DNA of 64,000 nucleotides from a virus: IMG/VR virus record IMGVR_UViG_3300037323_000212, positions 6,227 to 70,226 of that record; one strand, 5' to 3'. Shown piece by piece: positions 59,307 to 64,000 of this stretch (position 1 is its first letter; each line of letters starts with the position of its first letter). The notes under the pieces were generated by a model. It saw only the letters and a program-made list of their open reading frames with translations, ran no database searches and was not told where the DNA came from. The position numbers and the translations under genes were made by a program.

Positions 59307-59307
59307 C

Positions 59308-60552
59308 ATGCGAACGATCAAAACCGTCTACGACGAGGAATGCGCAGAGCTGAAAATCGATGCCCGCTTTTACAAGAAGGTCTGCGACCTGGAGTCGCGC
59401 TTTGTGAGCAAGAACCAAGAGAGCTTGGAGTTCTTTGGGGGCAATTTGCTGGGCGTGCACCGCGTGCGCTTCACAGCGGATGACCGAGACCGCTTGTTTA
59501 CCGATTTGCTCGAGGCCGATGACCGCTCGCTGCAAGACCAGGTCTACGCGCTTAGAAGCGCATCTGGCCAGCCTGTGATCAACCAAGACTGGAACATCTC
59601 AAGCGACATCTTCAACATCTCCGTGGTCTGGTTGCTCCACGCCATTCACCACTCGCCCCATTTGGATAAGGACAAAAAACAAGAGGCCAAGGTGCGCTTG
59701 ACAATGTACTTATTGTACAAGTTCTTGACCAGCCTCATGTTCAATGGCTTTAAGTATCCAGCGGACCCGGAGATCGCTGCGGCCACCTACGCGCAGATGA
59801 GCCTTAAGTTCATCCTAAAGCAAACAGGCAACTGGGGGGCGACGCTTCGCGTGCTGGCCACCAATGCGGTGGCCGAAGACGGTATTCACGCAAACGCCAT
59901 CAGCAAAATGGACGATGACCTGCGTGTGATCAACTTCTTAAACGACGTGCAAGGGCGCATCCGAGACATGTTCAAGAACATCTACAGCCTACTCGTGCGC
60001 ACCAAGGAGCAAGGCAAGCGCATCAGCAACAGCTCGTCCTTGATCGAGACCGACGGGGAGCTGGTGCTCAAAGACAAGACACAATCACTCAACAACTACA
60101 CGCGCTACTTGAAAGGCATTGTGGGCGACAAGAACACTTTCATTCGCCTGGAGCTGATCGATGTGATTGCGCGCGTGATGCACACGATGCCCGAGAAGCT
60201 TTTGGTGAGTTCCTTAGCGTGGATGAGTGATAACTACGCGCGCACCAAAGACGGCATTGTTGAGGATGCCATCAACCGCACGATGGAGCACGCCTTTGAG
60301 TACTTAGCAGCCAACCGGGCCGTGGCAGCAGCCAAGGGCGACATCCCAGGCCTCATCAGCAAGCTGCGCGGCTCCTACATGAGTTCTCGCTCCACGGAGA
60401 GAAACCTCTTGGAGATCCGGGTCTTAGTAGAGAAGATAGTCGTGCTGGCCACACAAAGCAAAAACGAGAGTGTCGTTGCCTCAACGCGCACGGGCGTCAT
60501 GTTGTACATTGTGCTCAGGGCGTTTTGCATGAAGCACTACGCCAGTCGATGA
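59308..60552 (+). CDS. Conserved jumbo-phage protein
   Basis: EFFGGNLLGVHRVRF, ISSDIFN and STRTGVMLYIVLRAF motifs. Confidence 0.7.
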   Translation: MRTIKTVYDEECAELKIDARFYKKVCDLESRFVSKNQESLEFFGGNLLGVHRVRFTADDRDRLFTDLLEADDRSLQDQVYALRSASGQPVINQDWNISSDIFNISVVWLLHAIHHSPHLDKDKKQEAKVRLTMYLLYKFLTSLMFNGFKYPADPEIAAATYAQMSLKFILKQTGNWGATLRVLATNAVAEDGIHANAISKMDDDLRVINFLNDVQGRIRDMFKNIYSLLVRTKEQGKRISNSSSLIETDGELVLKDKTQSLNNYTRYLKGIVGDKNTFIRLELIDVIARVMHTMPEKLLVSSLAWMSDNYARTKDGIVEDAINRTMEHAFEYLAANRAVAAAKGDIPGLISKLRGSYMSSRSTERNLLEIRVLVEKIVVLATQSKNESVVASTRTGVMLYIVLRAFCMKHYASR

Positions 60553-60573
60553 ACCAGTCGCGGGTCATACGCT

Positions 60574-60954
60574 ATGCGCCATTTAATCAACCTCTTTGTC
60601 TACTTGCTCGACGCGCTAGAAGCAGCCAAAGGCAAGCGCTCATTCAAGCGGTTGTACCCGCCCCAAAGCCAGCAAGACGGCTACCGGGTGGTGGTAAGCG
60701 ACGGCTCAACCATCTCCATTTACTGCACCGAGATCGTGTATGCCATCTCCTACGCCAAGTGGTGGGCGCCGTCTAGGCGCATGCACCTGTACAGCGTGCA
60801 CAGCAGCTGCAGCAGCACCACCCCGCAGTACCTGATCAACACGTTTAGCAAGGACTTTAAGGTGGGTAATATCCTGCACTTTCTATCTCCTTTGAGTGAC
60901 CGCAAGAAGGCGGCCATCGACGCCTACGTCGATGCGCTGTTGGCCGATGTGTGA
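60574..60954 (+). CDS. Hypothetical protein
   Basis: 126-aa ORF followed by a hairpin at 60957-61005. Confidence 0.55.
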   Translation: MRHLINLFVYLLDALEAAKGKRSFKRLYPPQSQQDGYRVVVSDGSTISIYCTEIVYAISYAKWWAPSRRMHLYSVHSSCSSTTPQYLINTFSKDFKVGNILHFLSPLSDRKKAAIDAYVDALLADV

Positions 60955-61010
60955 CAAGCAGCATAAGCCCCCAGAGCCTAGAGCGCTCTGGGGGCTTATG
61001 CTGCTGGTGC

Positions 61011-63230
61011 TTAGCGTGCTCGCACGGGCGCACTTGACAAGCCGTAGTCACCCGACTCGCTTGAGGTGTTGTAGCCCAAGCGCTCGTAGTAGGTTTTGTC
61101 TGAGGCGTAGGCAGGCGTGCCACCTTGCGTTAAGCGGCGCTCCTCCTTGGCTTGGTTCAGCATGGCGTCCACCGAGAAGCGCTCACCGGCCTCTAAGACG
61201 ATTTGACTGTCCAAGAAGCGCAGCTCTCGCTCCAAGCGCTCGCACACAAAGCTGTCGGTCTCTGCTGAGAGAATACCGAAGATGGCCTCAATGCGCTCTC
61301 TGAGCGCCATTTGCTGAGCGTGAAAGTACGCCTGGGACGCGGTCATGGCCTGCATGGGCTTGCTGGCCACCATCACCGATCTGGCATCGATCCCGTAGTG
61401 CTGCAAGTTCTTGGCCATCGTCAAGAACCAGTGACACAAAAGCCAGCCAATCACCAAATCGTCAAATCCACCCACATCGTGGTCCACCCGCCCGTTGCGG
61501 CTCACCAGACCTGTGATCTGCTCGGTGAGAGCTCGGTCTTTGAGTTTGTCCGCACAACGCTTGGCTGCATTTTGCAAGGTGGTGGAGTACAGCTCGGTGC
61601 GAGACGTCTCCCCCGTGCCAGACGTGGCAAAGCCAAAGTACTTCTTGCTCCTCACGTAGATGTCGTCTTGGCGCCGGTTGGTTTGCAGCTTGGCCTCAGC
61701 GTAGCGCTCCTTGTGCTCAAAGGGGTCGTTGACGACCCAGTTGAACAAGCGCTTAAAAGGGTCCACTCCTTTTTGAGGCAAAAACAGCAGCAAGTAGTCG
61801 ATGATGGTGCTCCCCGTGGAGCGCCGCTCAATGATGACCGTCATGTTCTCGTGCTTCACAATGAACGCCACCAGCCACTGCGCAAACGTGATCAGGTTGG
61901 TCTCGTTGATCGTGCCGATGGCGACCAGTGCACCCGTCTCCACATCGGTCAGCACAAAGGAAATATCATCGCCTCCAGAGGCATCACTCGTGTCCACTCC
62001 CAGCACCGTTTTCCGAGTCCCCATGAAGTGCTCGATCTTGTCCTGTGGGATGTACCAGCGCGTGATGTAGCCCCCAATGGCTGAGATGTCTTGGTGCAAC
62101 TCGTCCTCAATGCAAGCGCTCAGCTTCTCCAGGGTCGCCACTGGCAAGGGGGCGTGCTGCGTGCCACTCGTCCAGATGTTGAAGTAGTCGCGGTTGGCGT
62201 TCTCCGGCGAGCTCCCAGAGCGCTCGAGCTGCGAGCGCAGCCACTCATCCGTCTTGCCCAGTTGGCGGTGCGAGAACGAGCCGTAGATGCGGTAAACACC
62301 CCGAGAGTTCTTGCGCACCATCACTTCCAAATCCCGCTCACTGACCGCATCGTAGAACTTCTCGCTCCAGCGAGCAGAATCGCTTGCGTACTGGTAGATG
62401 AACTTGCCCTCTCGGTCGTCCTTCTTGCCCGCAGTGGTCGTGAGCAGCAGCCCGTAGGGCTCGCCATTTCGTTTGGCGCTGTCAATGGCCGCTCCCATGG
62501 CGGGCAGCAACGCCTCCATGGCGACCCGGATGTGCGCTTGAAAGGGTGGCTCATCAATTTGCACAATAGCGGTCGTCAGGCCCCGGCCCATGTTGTACGC
62601 CCTTTTCTCAGAGCTTTGAGGCACGTGCGTCAGGTACGTGTTGCCCAGCTGCTTGATCGTGATCTCCTCGGTGTTGTTCACATCGTCTCGGGTCTTCAAG
62701 TTCAAGTACGCGGGCAACTCCTCGTAGATGTTCTTCAAGCGCTTGACGTTCTCACTGCGCAGCTTGTCGTCCTTGGTGAGCAAGTTGATCTGCGTGTTGG
62801 TGCACTGGAAGTTAAAGAGCTGGGTCATGAGCAAGTCCACGCAAAAGGACTTGCCCGTTTGGCGCGGCTGGATCAGCACGTAGGTCACGTGGTTAAAGAA
62901 CGACCACCACATGGAGGTGTTAGCACGGTTGAACTCAATGCGCCCAGGCACGGTGCCTGAGATCGCAGGCGCACGCGCCACCTCTCGAAAGAAGTAAAAG
63001 GGGTTCACCTTGCACTCAATGCCCACCATCACCATGTGCTCCACGCTCAGGTGGGGGTCGTAGGGGTCGACCCCTTGGAGCTTGGGGTTGTGCAGGGCCA
63101 AGAAGAAGGCGTTGTTTTGCACCCCCATAGAGCGCAGCTTGGCCGCCAGGTCCAGCGCGGACTGGTTGGTGGTGGTGTAGTCTATGATGGCGTCTGGGTA
63201 GCGCGCCCAGTCTTGGAGAAAGAGTATGAT
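61011..63230 (-). CDS. terL: Terminase large subunit (phiKZ gp25-like)
   Basis: PRQTGKS Walker A, VQIDE Walker B, TTTAG, nuclease GVDTSDA and DDLVIGWLL. The frame stays open to an ATC at 63230 preceded by AGGAG. Confidence 0.9.
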   Translation of the reverse strand: MILFLQDWARYPDAIIDYTTTNQSALDLAAKLRSMGVQNNAFFLALHNPKLQGVDPYDPHLSVEHMVMVGIECKVNPFYFFREVARAPAISGTVPGRIEFNRANTSMWWSFFNHVTYVLIQPRQTGKSFCVDLLMTQLFNFQCTNTQINLLTKDDKLRSENVKRLKNIYEELPAYLNLKTRDDVNNTEEITIKQLGNTYLTHVPQSSEKRAYNMGRGLTTAIVQIDEPPFQAHIRVAMEALLPAMGAAIDSAKRNGEPYGLLLTTTAGKKDDREGKFIYQYASDSARWSEKFYDAVSERDLEVMVRKNSRGVYRIYGSFSHRQLGKTDEWLRSQLERSGSSPENANRDYFNIWTSGTQHAPLPVATLEKLSACIEDELHQDISAIGGYITRWYIPQDKIEHFMGTRKTVLGVDTSDASGGDDISFVLTDVETGALVAIGTINETNLITFAQWLVAFIVKHENMTVIIERRSTGSTIIDYLLLFLPQKGVDPFKRLFNWVVNDPFEHKERYAEAKLQTNRRQDDIYVRSKKYFGFATSGTGETSRTELYSTTLQNAAKRCADKLKDRALTEQITGLVSRNGRVDHDVGGFDDLVIGWLLCHWFLTMAKNLQHYGIDARSVMVASKPMQAMTASQAYFHAQQMALRERIEAIFGILSAETDSFVCERLERELRFLDSQIVLEAGERFSVDAMLNQAKEERRLTQGGTPAYASDKTYYERLGYNTSSESGDYGLSSAPVRAR

Positions 63231-63391
63231 GGCAGGTCTCCTGGAGGTGGTGTGGTTTTCTTACATCTGATTGGTGAGCGTGAGGTCTCAGGTGCTTGGT
63301 TTGCAGCATAGGTGCTCTGGGCTTTAGGGCCCAGAGCACAGTGCGCGTGGTGACCTCTGTAGGGACAGGGGTTGGGTGTTTGCAGTGGCAG

Positions 63392-63507
63392 GAGGAGCCA
63401 GTTGGAGCGGGGGTATCTACCCCCGCTATTTCTCTAGAGTAATATTTGGAATATTCTCCTCCTCCTCTTATAATAAATGCAACTGATATTTTTAGTTGTA
63501 TTTAGGA
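63392..63507 (-). repeat. Second copy of the propeller-associated 3' element
   Basis: Matches 15489-15604. Confidence 0.9.
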
Positions 63508-64000
63508 TTAGAAGCCACCTGGGGAGGAGGAGGTGGCGGCCAGATGGCTTCGTGCCGTGCCCAGTGCCGTGCCCGCTGCCACCGCGTTACTCGCGTACGT
63601 GTAGCGCTCGGTGACAGCGGTGTTAGTGGCAGCAACCCCACCCCCAAACACCCCGAGCGTGCTGTTGCCGGTGGCAGCTAATAGGAACCGTGCTGTGCCC
63701 AGTGACGTGCCCGCCGCCACCGCGTGGCTCGCGTACGTGTAGCGGTCGGTGACAGCGGTGCTGTTGGCAGCAGCCCCACCCCCAAACACCCCGAGTGTGC
63801 TGTTGCCCGCAGCAGCCAAAGCGTTCCGTGCCGTGCCCAGTGCTGTGCCCGCTGCTCTCGCGTTGCTCGCGTACGTGTAGCGGTCGGTGACAGCGGTGTT
63901 AGCGCTGCCCGTGTGCCCACCCCCAAACACCCCGAGCGTGCTGTTGCCCGTGGCAGCCAAATAGTACCGTCCCGTGCCCAGTGCCGTGCCCGCTGCCACC
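63508..64000 (-). CDS. Kelch-like beta-propeller protein, copy 3 (partial, 5' end beyond the window)
   Basis: Same repeat unit and SSSPGGF C-terminus. Confidence 0.85.
   Translation of the reverse strand, partial: VAAGTALGTGRYYLAATGNSTLGVFGGGHTGSANTAVTDRYTYASNARAAGTALGTARNALAAAGNSTLGVFGGGAAANSTAVTDRYTYASHAVAAGTSLGTARFLLAATGNSTLGVFGGGVAATNTAVTERYTYASNAVAAGTALGTARSHLAATSSSPGGF

Noticed and set aside
826-62960. Many long antisense ORFs in the track (for example 3004-4143, 11771-12886, 13085-13948, 62091-62960)
   Set aside because: They are shadows of real genes caused by GC-rich codon bias, with no motifs or RBS.
1-64000. tRNA or rRNA genes and inteins
   Set aside because: No cloverleaf or rRNA-like segments were recognised by eye, and the helicase, polymerase and terminase have no intein-sized insertions. 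tRNAscan-SE would be needed to exclude tRNAs formally.

Overview
This 64-kb window is part of a phiKZ-like, nucleus-forming jumbo phage genome (Chimalliviridae-type). It carries the syntenic core block: chimallin (ChmA), PhuZ tubulin, a PicA/Imp1-like import factor, four of the five non-virion RNA polymerase subunits, a virion RNAP beta' subunit, both halves of the split B-family DNA polymerase, an SF2 helicase, an Mre11/SbcD-like nuclease, the terminase large subunit, virion proteins and a modular endolysin. phiKZ gp numbers are from recalled motifs and synteny, not from a database search. Two features stand out. (1) Eight group I introns, mapped by eye to single-nucleotide splice sites, none with an intact endonuclease. 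Three consecutive ones cut the RNAP catalytic NADFDGD motif into 11-nt and 12-nt micro-exons, two are in the DNA polymerase, and one sits in the PhuZ GGSGS motif. (2) Three dispersed near-identical Kelch-like beta-propeller genes. Their variation concentrates in predicted binding-face codons with an NNC/NNT pattern, blades are shared between copies, and two copies share a structured 3' element, suggesting a diversifying cassette system. No tRNA, rRNA or CRISPR array was seen.
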